From assembly GCA_013003415.1 (NCBI GenBank), contig JABDJR010000003.1, forward strand, positions 1-35,075: 35,075 nucleotides of DNA, written 5' to 3'. Below the pieces are notes generated by a model. The model saw nothing but the letters and a program-made list of their open reading frames with translations, was not told where the DNA came from and ran no database searches. How positions within the stretch are numbered: the stretch's first letter is position 1; each line of letters starts with the position of its first letter. Of this stretch, positions 17,207 to 25,740 are shown piece by piece. The translations under genes and the position numbers were made by a program. The DNA is from Candidatus Eiseniibacteriota bacterium (GTDB lineage: Bacteria > Eisenbacteria > RBG-16-71-46 > JABDJR01).

Positions 17207-20200
17207 TCAGCCGGTGGCTGCCACCACGAAGTCTTCCCCTAACACCTTGTCCAAAATGACTCCCAGTCGAAATGCGTCTTCTCTTGAGAACACCAGGGGT
17301 GGCTTTAGCTTCAGGACGTTGTGATCGGGACCGTCGGTGCTGATTAGGATTCCATGATCCCGCATACGTTCGGCGACGTAGGAAGCAACTTTCGGAGCCG
17401 GGGTTTTGGTTTCGCGATCGAGAACAAGTTCCACCCCCGCGAAGAGGCCGAGTCCCCGCACATCACCAACCACCGCATGGGACTTGAGTTTCTTAAGCTC
17501 GGAGATGAGAAGTGTACCGACTTCAAGAGCATGCGCTTGAAGGTTCTCTTCCTGAATCACGCGAAGCACTTCACGACCCACCGCACAAGACACAGGGTTC
17601 CCGCCGAAAGTGTTGAAGTACTCCATACCGTTGTCAAAGGAAGCGGCAATGTCAGGTGTGGTCACCACGGCGGCCAGGGGATGCCCATTCCCGATTGGTT
17701 TTCCCATAGTGACGATGTCGGGAACCACGCTTTGAGTTTCAAAGGCCCACATGTGAGACCCAACCCGACCAAAACCAACCTGGACTTCGTCGGCAACACA
17801 GAGGCCTCCGAAGGAGCGGACGCGTCCGTACATTTCTCTCAAGTAACCATCGGGGAGCACGATCTGTCCACCGCAGCCCAGAAGAGACTCGTGAAAGAAG
17901 GCGGCGACCTCGCTCCCTTCTCTCCTAAGCCTCGTGAGCATGTGCTCCGCATCCTGGGCGTATTGTTGCCCCAGGTTGCCGGTTTGGTACTTCCCTCGGT
18001 AAGGATCCGGAAGGTCGAGGGTGTGCACATAGTCCGGCGGCCCCTGTCCTCCCTTTGCCTTGTGTTTGTAGGGGCTCATGTCGATGAGAGTGCTCGTGTG
18101 GCCATGGTAGGCGGCATCAATGACAAGAACATCCCGCCGATGGGTGTGGGCTCGAGCCAGCCGCAGAGCAAGTTCATTGGCCTCACTACCCGTGCAGACA
18201 AGAAAACAAACGGATAGAGGCTCGGGAAACGTGGCCGTTAGTTCACGTGCGTATTCTAAGATCGTTTCATGCAGATAGCGGGTGTTCGTGTTCAATACGG
18301 ACGCTTGTCGCTTCAATGCGTCGACCACCTTGGGATGGGCGTGGCCGACATGACACACGTTGTTGACCCCGTCGAGATAAGAGCGCCCCAGGTGATCGTA
18401 AAGGTACTGTCCCTTGCCACGGACAATCTTCAGGGGCTTCCGATAAGAAACGCTTAGGTTTCTGCCCAGGATTTGTTCCCGTTCGTGCATCAGAGTTTCT
18501 GCATCCAACTCGGGTTTTGGAAAACGGGCTTCGGGAATGCGGAGAAGCAAGTTCGGATCGGGACAGATGGCTTGCCAGAGATCCTTTCCCGCCGGAGTGC
18601 AGACGCCAGGAAAGTCTCCTTCAATTCCCAGGCGATCTAAAATAATTTGAAAGTGCGTGTGTGGGGGCCAGTCGCCATTCACTTTGAGATCGCCCATGGT
18701 CCCGACTTCATCCCCCGCCTTCAAGGATTGGCCAACCGTCAGGTTGTCGAGGCTGTTTAGGGTAAGGTGACCATAGAGGGTGTAGAACGTTACCCCGTCC
18801 AGTTCATGCTCGAGAATGACCGTGGGTCCGTAGTCTCGAGGAAAGTTATTGTTTTGAAGACTCCGCACGATGCCGTCGAGAGGTGTCATCACGGGCGTAT
18901 CAACCGGAGCAAACAGATCCATACCTAAGTGCACGGTGCGCGGCTCACCATAGACGGGATCGTTGAAAGCTTCGGTGGCGTAGAGCAATCGAGCCTCCCC
19001 GTAGCGCCCTACTCCATAAGGTGCGGCGGCTGCTTTCTGAATGGCGAACATCTTTTCCGTCCATTCCGCCATATCCTCCGGGTTACCGATTTCGCCGGAG
19101 AGGAGATTCCCCACGCTCAGGTCGAACACGTGGGCTTTTGAAGGGTCGCCCGCTACCACCGGTTTTACCTTGGTTTTGGATAGGGCGTTCAGAAGTTTCT
19201 TTGAATGAGGAATCGGCTCGAGACCACAGGCCTGACGAAAAGCCAAGTGAGCCAACCCTTCGGGCATGGCTGCAAACTTTTGAAGAAGGTTCCAGGCTGG
19301 CTCCGAAGTGACTGAGAGGTACTTGTTCGCCGGCTCCTGAGCCTGCTGGAATGCGGACACACTCACACTGGTGGCCAGACGGAGGACAACCAGTGGAAAA
19401 AGAGCTTCAAGTTCCTGATCTGAAAGGGGGCGCTCCTCATGAAAACGACGAACCACTTCTCTGGCCATGGTGAGCGGGCTCTTCTTCTCGAGCATGATGT
19501 AGGCGCAAGCAATGGCAAGCTCGGCCACGGTCCAAGACTGGGTCATGTCGCCGAAGTCGATAAGACCAACGACTTTTCGTGGTTCAAAACCGGTGTCTCG
19601 GGGGTGAATCTTGTTGACGAGAATGTTGTGGTCGTTGGCATCGCCATGAATCACCGATTGGGGAAGCTCGGGCGCCAAACGCTGGACTTGATTCCAATAC
19701 TGCAGGGCCCAGTCGAGAGTGCTGTTCTTGTCGCTGTCGTTGATGGTCTGCCGATGGTCTTCGATCGTCTTTTCAGCTTGGCGTAGATCCCAATGGAGGT
19801 CGCGGTCCTGAGCCGGGTGAGAAAAGTCTTTCAGGGCATTTGTTAGCCGCCCGAGAACGGAACCCAAATGACCCATAAGCTCCCGATTGTGGGGCCTAGC
19901 TTGGGCGAGCGGAGTCCCGGCGACGTAAGGGGAGAGCCGGATGTGAAGCTTGGTTCCATTGAACTCCACATCACACAGCGTATGTCCATCTTTGGCGGCT
20001 ACTGGGACCGGCGTGGTAATCCCAATGGGCTTGTTTGCAAGGTGGAGCATGGTTGCGTTTTGGAGGTCCAAAGCCTCCTTGGGTTCGAAGGGATTGGCCA
20101 CCTTGAGGACGAAGGTTCCCTCTTCTGTCTCTATGAGAACGTTTTGATCGCGGTCACTTGGGAGCGCCGTGTAGCTTTCCACTTTGAGGGTCATGTACTC

Positions 20201-20263
20201 GGAGAGAGCTTTTAGGATTTGATCCATGCCCACCTGAGGGCGATTTGCAGCTATCGGGTCCAT
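17207..20263 (-). CDS. Three-domain fusion of APH/hydroxylysine-kinase-like phosphotransferase, M23 (LytM) peptidase-like domain and AGXT2L-like class-III PLP enzyme (putative kinase/phospho-lyase)
   Basis: 1018 aa. The kinase catalytic loop is [13 protein letters not shown] (aa 204-216), with IDFGD at aa 235-239. M23 motifs are HLGMD (aa 445-449) and HTH (aa 535-537). Class-III aminotransferase motifs are [11 protein letters not shown] (aa 825-835) and [14 protein letters not shown], with PLP Lys855 (codon 17699-17701 verified as AAA). Confidence 0.85.
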   Translation of the reverse strand: MDPIAANRPQVGMDQILKALSEYMTLKVESYTALPSDRDQNVLIETEEGTFVLKVANPFEPKEALDLQNATMLHLANKPIGITTPVPVAAKDGHTLCDVEFNGTKLHIRLSPYVAGTPLAQARPHNRELMGHLGSVLGRLTNALKDFSHPAQDRDLHWDLRQAEKTIEDHRQTINDSDKNSTLDWALQYWNQVQRLAPELPQSVIHGDANDHNILVNKIHPRDTGFEPRKVVGLIDFGDMTQSWTVAELAIACAYIMLEKKSPLTMAREVVRRFHEERPLSDQELEALFPLVVLRLATSVSVSAFQQAQEPANKYLSVTSEPAWNLLQKFAAMPEGLAHLAFRQACGLEPIPHSKKLLNALSKTKVKPVVAGDPSKAHVFDLSVGNLLSGEIGNPEDMAEWTEKMFAIQKAAAAPYGVGRYGEARLLYATEAFNDPVYGEPRTVHLGMDLFAPVDTPVMTPLDGIVRSLQNNNFPRDYGPTVILEHELDGVTFYTLYGHLTLNSLDNLTVGQSLKAGDEVGTMGDLKVNGDWPPHTHFQIILDRLGIEGDFPGVCTPAGKDLWQAICPDPNLLLRIPEARFPKPELDAETLMHEREQILGRNLSVSYRKPLKIVRGKGQYLYDHLGRSYLDGVNNVCHVGHAHPKVVDALKRQASVLNTNTRYLHETILEYARELTATFPEPLSVCFLVCTGSEANELALRLARAHTHRRDVLVIDAAYHGHTSTLIDMSPYKHKAKGGQGPPDYVHTLDLPDPYRGKYQTGNLGQQYAQDAEHMLTRLRREGSEVAAFFHESLLGCGGQIVLPDGYLREMYGRVRSFGGLCVADEVQVGFGRVGSHMWAFETQSVVPDIVTMGKPIGNGHPLAAVVTTPDIAASFDNGMEYFNTFGGNPVSCAVGREVLRVIQEENLQAHALEVGTLLISELKKLKSHAVVGDVRGLGLFAGVELVLDRETKTPAPKVASYVAERMRDHGILISTDGPDHNVLKLKPPLVFSREDAFRLGVILDKVLGEDFVVAATG

Positions 20264-20276
20264 GGTTGCTCTGTCC

Positions 20277-21071
20277 TCAACTCTTCTTCTTGGCCACGGC
20301 CGTGGTTCTTCCGCCGATGGTCATGAACTCTATGGGCTCGCCCTCGTAGGTCTTGGCGCCTTTGGTTTTTCCCCACCGGTAGTGGAATAGCCAGTTCTTG
20401 GGAAAGCGAGAATCGTCGGCCCGGACGCTCACCGCCTTCTTAATGATGCGCCGAAGGGAAGTCAAAAGAGCCTTCACTTCAGGTTCGGTGAGAGTGTTCA
20501 GTCTACGTGTGGGGTGAATCTGAGTATGGTAAAGCACTTCGTCCGCAATCCAGTTTCCAACTCCGGCAAAAAGACTTTGGTCCAAGAGTGCCGCTTTGAT
20601 GGGTGCTTTGCGTTTCCGAAGTTTCTGAATTAAGTCCACTTTTGGGGGAGGGTCCGAGAGAGGATCGTAACCCAGGCGAACGCAGGGCCGTTCCATCATG
20701 GGATCTTCTTGCAAGCGAATGCGTCCAAGTCGTCGGGAGTTGCTCATACCCAATCGGGTTCCGTCTTCCATGAGAAGTTCGGCTTTCCAGTATTTATGCC
20801 GTTCGCTTGTTTGCTCGTACACACGAAACGCACCCGTCATGCCAAAGTGAAACATAGGCCACGGACGTTCATCGAGTTCGAGCCAGAGGTACTTTCCCCT
20901 GCGTTTCGCCGAGGAGATAAAGCGCCCTTTCAGTTTCTTGGCGAAGGTCTGGTTGGAGACCCCCTCAAACACGATCTTGTCTGGTCGTGTGGCCACGGAT
21001 CGGATGCGTTTTCCGACCACATGATCCTCCGCAAGTTGGCGCCAGTTCTCGACTTCGGGCAATTCAGGCAT
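20277..21071 (-). CDS. Fpg/Nei-family DNA glycosylase, zincless-finger (plant/fungal-like) type
   Basis: 264 aa. N-terminal MPELPEVE (catalytic Pro2/Glu3), RRGKYLWLEL, H2TH GVGNWIADEVLYHTQIHP. The C-terminus IEFMTIGGRTTAVAKKKS has no CxxC pairs, and the whole protein has only one Cys. Confidence 0.85.
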   Translation of the reverse strand: MPELPEVENWRQLAEDHVVGKRIRSVATRPDKIVFEGVSNQTFAKKLKGRFISSAKRRGKYLWLELDERPWPMFHFGMTGAFRVYEQTSERHKYWKAELLMEDGTRLGMSNSRRLGRIRLQEDPMMERPCVRLGYDPLSDPPPKVDLIQKLRKRKAPIKAALLDQSLFAGVGNWIADEVLYHTQIHPTRRLNTLTEPEVKALLTSLRRIIKKAVSVRADDSRFPKNWLFHYRWGKTKGAKTYEGEPIEFMTIGGRTTAVAKKKS

Positions 21072-21176
21072 AGTTGATTTCCGCTCTTCTCCCCAGGGGC
21101 TCAGATATCCAGTAAGATCCTGATCCCGCTAATCTTACCGGTTTAGAACCCTCTGGAAAGGCCGATAACCACCTTC

Positions 21177-22364
21177 ATGGGGACTTTTCTACGTTTTGTT
21201 GTGGGCGCCACTCTGTTCCTAAGTGTCATGGCCGCCTCAAGTCATAGTCAATCTGCAGCCACCGGCTTCGTTCAGAACCAGAGTTTGGGGAACCTGATTC
21301 AGGCCTCCCAAGCTCCGGATCAAACGCTGCGTTCCGAGGTGGCTGAAGTGAGCTCTGCGACCAAGGCGGTTACGAAACCGTTCTATGCGGTTGCTCCGGG
21401 AGAGCGCCGGGCGCTTTGGGTCGTACGCGATGCCATGACGTCGGTGAAGCTGATCGACAAAATGGTGGTCGATGCTCGCCAAGCTGGAGTGACCGATCTG
21501 TTTGTGCAGGTTCGTGGTCGCGGCGATGCCTACTACCTTTCCAAGACCGAACCGCTGCCCGCAACACTGGCTAAAAAGTTTGATCAGGGAAAAGGCTTTG
21601 ATCCTTTGGAGCGCGTGCTTCAGCAAGCGCAGCCGGACATGCGGGTGCATGCTTGGATCAATACGTATCTTGTGGCGAGTAAGCCGGCCCACAAACTCCG
21701 CGACGGTCATGTTGCTTTAGAAAACCCCGAGTGGATTGCGCGCACCCCGCAGGGCAAATCGATGCTGCGTATGTCGCGGAGCGACTGGAAGCGCAACCTC
21801 ACCGAGGGAGCGTACCTCGATCCGGCACACCCCAATGTAACGCCGTACATTCTTCGTCTAGCCGATGAGTTAACCCAAAAATATGCGCTCGATGGTTTGC
21901 ACTTGGACTATGTGCGCTACCCGCACATGAAGGTGGGTTTCATTGAAGACGAATCCGAGCGCTGCGCCATGATCACTGATATGGTGCGCCAGCTGCGGAT
22001 GCAAATGCGGATGACGCGCCCGGGCATGATTCTTTCGGCTGCGGTTAAACCAGATCCGGCGGGGGCACGATCTCGCTACGGCCAGGATTGGGTGCGCTGG
22101 GTGGAAGAAGACCTCGTGGACGTGGTGGCTCCTATGATGTATTCCCCGTCCATGAAGATCATGAAGGGCTATCTGCGCGATACAAAAGCGGCGGTGGATC
22201 CCTCACGCGTTTGGGCCGGGATTGCGGTGTATAACCAAAGCCTAGCCGCGGCCGAGCAGAAGATCCTCGAAGCCGAGATGGCGGGTATGGGAGGAATCTC
22301 CATCTTCTCCTATAACTCCGTTCCCCAAGGGGCCAAAGGCCTGAAAAGACTGAACGGACGCTAG
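21177..22364 (+). CDS. Secreted glycoside-hydrolase-like family 10 (DUF187/YngK-like) protein
   Basis: 395 aa, signal peptide MGTFLRFVVGATLFLSVMAASSHS. The TIM-barrel-like motifs DLFVQVRGRGDAYY and GLHLDYVRYP are recalled from the GHL10 family. Confidence 0.7.
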   Translation: MGTFLRFVVGATLFLSVMAASSHSQSAATGFVQNQSLGNLIQASQAPDQTLRSEVAEVSSATKAVTKPFYAVAPGERRALWVVRDAMTSVKLIDKMVVDARQAGVTDLFVQVRGRGDAYYLSKTEPLPATLAKKFDQGKGFDPLERVLQQAQPDMRVHAWINTYLVASKPAHKLRDGHVALENPEWIARTPQGKSMLRMSRSDWKRNLTEGAYLDPAHPNVTPYILRLADELTQKYALDGLHLDYVRYPHMKVGFIEDESERCAMITDMVRQLRMQMRMTRPGMILSAAVKPDPAGARSRYGQDWVRWVEEDLVDVVAPMMYSPSMKIMKGYLRDTKAAVDPSRVWAGIAVYNQSLAAAEQKILEAEMAGMGGISIFSYNSVPQGAKGLKRLNGR

Positions 22365-22413
22365 GAAACCCCAACGCCCGTTCTGCCCACCAAATTAACT
22401 TTGTAGCTTGTCC

Positions 22414-25400
22414 CTACGCCTGCACTGGCTCCGACTCCGGAGTTTTCTTCCGCTGAAAGGGCTTCTTCAGCCAGCGACCGAAGCGTTCCATCACCCACAA
22501 GAACCGAATGCTGAAGTAGTAGAGGGGTGGCAAGAAGAGCAGAATAAGGATTGTGCTCGAGACCAAACCGCCAATGGAGGAGAGGGCTAAGTTCTCCCAA
22601 ATGTCCTGTCCCTCAGCGTCGCCGAACTTAATCAGCAACGGCGCCAAACCTACGATGGTGGTTGAGCTGGTAAGGAGAATCGAGCGCAGTCGAATGCGCG
22701 TACCGCGAGCTACCGCGCGACGTAGGAGGTCGGCCCGCTCTGCACCTGGAAGCATGCGTAGGTTGCTGCCGCCAAGTTGTTTCCGCATGCCAGCGAACAA
22801 AGCGGCTTCGGACTCCGGGTCGCCTCCTAGTTTGGCTTTCAAGATCATGGCCGCTTCTTGTCGGAAGCGACTCACCAAGAGAATGGCGTTGTTCACCACA
22901 ATGCCGAACAGGAGTACTAATCCGATCCGAGCCGACGAGTCGAAGGAGGAGTCGGTCCACCAGAAGGCCAAGAACACGCCGATCATGGCTAAGGGTAGAG
23001 AGAGTAAGACGAGAATCGGCAAAGAGACGCTCTCAAACAGTCCGGCCATGATCATAAAGATAAACGCCACGGCCAGAATGAGAGTGAGCTTAAGATCGGC
23101 TTCCTCTTCTTCGGTGAAGAACTGCTGGGTTGCCTCTTCTACTGTGTAGCCATAGGGTTTTTCAATGCCATCGACCGTATTCTTGATGTAGTTCCGACGC
23201 ATTTTATCGGTGCCCACATATTCCCAATTTAGGAACATGGTGTAGCGCTGGTTCTCTCGGGTAATCGAACCCTTCACCGGTTGTTGTTCCAGTGTTACCA
23301 AGTCGATGAGTTTCACCTTTTCACCGTAGGCATTGGTGATGGTTTTCGAGGCCACATCGGAATACTGGATGGTTTCGGAATCGTTAAAGGCAAGCTGCAT
23401 ACGCTGTCGCTTACCCTCAACCAACATGGTCCAGGGAGTGTCCACCCCAAGCAGTCGACGAACGTAGCCCACAAGCTCAATCACCGATAGGTTGTGCTCG
23501 GCCAGAGCCTCGCGATCGATGGTGAGAACGGTTTCGTCTTGGAAGGAACGATCGAACCGCCTACCGCTGGTAACCCGCTCTTTCCTCACCCGGCGACTCT
23601 TACCAATATTGTCTAGGGTGTCCTCCGCCATTTCGTTCAGAGTTCGGGAGTTGTAACCCGTCATCTTGATGAGTGAATTCAGAGCCGAGCCCGAGAACGG
23701 TCCCTTGAAGTAGGGGCGATCCGAGAAGCCACGAATGAAGATCGAAGCCCCACCGGTGGCATCCGCCACTTCCACCAAGGACAGCCGGTACTTGGTTGGA
23801 TACTCGGTTTTCTTCAGGGCCTCATCGAACTCCACCCGCAAAATGGCCTGGTTTCCAAAGGTGGTTGAGGTCATGCGAGCTCCGTCTGGAATAGGGAGCA
23901 GCTCCTCTTCAAACTTGGCTAATTGTTCGGCGGTGAGAATGACATCGGTGCCCCCCGGCATTTCCAGATAAAGAAGCAGTTCCTCCATATCCGGCATTTG
24001 CCAGAACCCGCCCTTGATGACCTTGTTGGGATACACATCCACAAAACCCCAAACCACGAGCCCAATGATTGGAGGGAGAAGGACCCACCACAAACGTTGG
24101 CTTCGATCAAAGGCCCGCTCGAGCCAGCCCCGTTTCGATTCAAGGTCGGGGACCTCTTCCACAATGGAAAGAAGCTGATGGTTGCCGTCGAGTTCGTTGG
24201 GGCCATCGGGTGTTTTCTTCACCAAAGATTGCGCCCAGCCCTGGTTTAAAGCCACCGGGATCCATCCGAAGGCCACAAACAAGCTTGCGATCATGGCCGT
24301 GGCTACTGACACTGCAAGCGGAACATAGAAGAGAGCAAAGCGACCGGAAAGGAAGATAAAGGAGAGGAAAGCCACAATGGTGGTCAGGGTGGTGGTGAGA
24401 ATGGGGAAGACCACCTCGTGGGTTCCTGCCACGATCATCTCGATCGCCACCTTCAGTTTGGCCTTACGAGAGAGCTTGGCGTCCTCGGCCTTTTCTAGAG
24501 CTTCGAGGCGGCGATGGATGGAATCCAACACCAGAATGCTGTTGTCGAGAATCAGGCCAAAGCAAACCGTAAGCCCGCTAATCGTGATGAAGTTCACCGA
24601 GAGTTTGAAGAAGTAAAACAGGCTCAGTGAAATCACAATCGCAAAAAGAATGGAGGCGATGACGATGCTGGTCAGACGAATTTGGCGAAGGCTGATGGCC
24701 AGAAGGATAAAGAGAATGGCCAAGATGGCCAGGCTTCGATATACCAGCTCAACCAATTTCTCGCGTAGCTCTTCTCCTTGATCGTTGTCGATGTGGAAGG
24801 AGGCCTCGAAAGGCAAGGAAGCTTCAATGGCAGGTAGGCCCGCTTTAAGCGTATTACTCACCGAAACCGTGTTGGCTCCCGATCGCTTTTCAACCGCAAT
24901 CTGCACCACGTTGTTGCCGTTGGCGCGCACAAAATACTGAGGATCTTCGAAGTCTGGAATGACTTTTCCGAGCATGTAAAGGCGGTAGGTGGTTCCCATC
25001 CGGCGAGCCACTTCGGCTTGGGACAAGCGATTGATATCAACCCGATCTCTAAGTGCGACGAGCTTCTCTAAACCATCTTCGTAGATGACTCCGGCACCCC
25101 TCAGTTCATCGAGTTGATCTAAAGAGGCAAAGACTTCGTCGGCCGTGATGTTGTAGAGCTCAAGACGGTCCCTATCTAAAATGACCTTGTAGAGAGATCG
25201 GGCACCGCCCATGACCCGCGAATCGGCCACCCCTTCCAGGGCAAGAAGCTGGGGTTTGATCCAGGTTTCCGCCATCTCCCGAAGATCGTTGGGGGAGAGT
25301 TCCGACTCCATGCTAAAAGTGAAGAAATCTTCCGACTCAAATTCTTCGGGGACATAGGGAAGGAGCTGGGGCTGGCTTGCGTTCAAGGGAAGGTCGCGTC

Positions 25401-25740
25401 TGACCGCTCCCAGCTGTTCGTTCAACTCAACGCGCGCAAAGTCAATGTCCACATCGCGACGAAAGGAGACTTCCACTTGGGACTGACCCGACCGTGAAGT
25501 GGAGACCACCTTTTCAACCCCGTGCACCCGACCCACGGACTCTTCAATGGGTAGAGTAATCGACCGCTGGATGGCTTGGGGGGAAGCCCCGTTCCACTGA
25601 GTTTGAATGGTCAGGGTGGGCAGATCGACCTCGGGCAAGGCCTCAATCTTCAACTTAGGAAGGGCATAGATCCCCAAAACCACAAACGCAGTAAAGATCA
25701 TCCATGTCGTAACCGGGTGGCGAACGAAATAGCGTGTCAT
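22414..25740 (-). CDS. RND efflux permease (AcrB/HAE-like), second permease of the operon
   Basis: 1108 aa, 12-TM RND architecture. N-terminal MTRYFVRHPVTTWMIFTAFVVLG, TM4 GLILDNSILVLDS, TM10 LLFGIVVNNAILLVSRF. Its ATG abuts the stop of the upstream permease (0-nt gap). Confidence 0.9.
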   Translation of the reverse strand: MTRYFVRHPVTTWMIFTAFVVLGIYALPKLKIEALPEVDLPTLTIQTQWNGASPQAIQRSITLPIEESVGRVHGVEKVVSTSRSGQSQVEVSFRRDVDIDFARVELNEQLGAVRRDLPLNASQPQLLPYVPEEFESEDFFTFSMESELSPNDLREMAETWIKPQLLALEGVADSRVMGGARSLYKVILDRDRLELYNITADEVFASLDQLDELRGAGVIYEDGLEKLVALRDRVDINRLSQAEVARRMGTTYRLYMLGKVIPDFEDPQYFVRANGNNVVQIAVEKRSGANTVSVSNTLKAGLPAIEASLPFEASFHIDNDQGEELREKLVELVYRSLAILAILFILLAISLRQIRLTSIVIASILFAIVISLSLFYFFKLSVNFITISGLTVCFGLILDNSILVLDSIHRRLEALEKAEDAKLSRKAKLKVAIEMIVAGTHEVVFPILTTTLTTIVAFLSFIFLSGRFALFYVPLAVSVATAMIASLFVAFGWIPVALNQGWAQSLVKKTPDGPNELDGNHQLLSIVEEVPDLESKRGWLERAFDRSQRLWWVLLPPIIGLVVWGFVDVYPNKVIKGGFWQMPDMEELLLYLEMPGGTDVILTAEQLAKFEEELLPIPDGARMTSTTFGNQAILRVEFDEALKKTEYPTKYRLSLVEVADATGGASIFIRGFSDRPYFKGPFSGSALNSLIKMTGYNSRTLNEMAEDTLDNIGKSRRVRKERVTSGRRFDRSFQDETVLTIDREALAEHNLSVIELVGYVRRLLGVDTPWTMLVEGKRQRMQLAFNDSETIQYSDVASKTITNAYGEKVKLIDLVTLEQQPVKGSITRENQRYTMFLNWEYVGTDKMRRNYIKNTVDGIEKPYGYTVEEATQQFFTEEEEADLKLTLILAVAFIFMIMAGLFESVSLPILVLLSLPLAMIGVFLAFWWTDSSFDSSARIGLVLLFGIVVNNAILLVSRFRQEAAMILKAKLGGDPESEAALFAGMRKQLGGSNLRMLPGAERADLLRRAVARGTRIRLRSILLTSSTTIVGLAPLLIKFGDAEGQDIWENLALSSIGGLVSSTILILLFLPPLYYFSIRFLWVMERFGRWLKKPFQRKKTPESEPVQA

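Noticed and set aside
17354-18217. 287-aa plus-strand ORF
   Set aside because: It is antisense to the aminotransferase domain of the 1018-aa fusion gene, whose motifs are unambiguous.
15820-22400. Accessory block as a horizontally acquired island or mobile element
   Set aside because: I could see no integrase, transposase, flanking tRNA, direct repeats or obvious compositional break. It is treated as ordinary chromosomal accessory genes.
22365-22413. Expected bidirectional terminator between the convergent GHL10 and RND genes
   Set aside because: I could not find any convincing hairpin or U-tract, so no feature is called.
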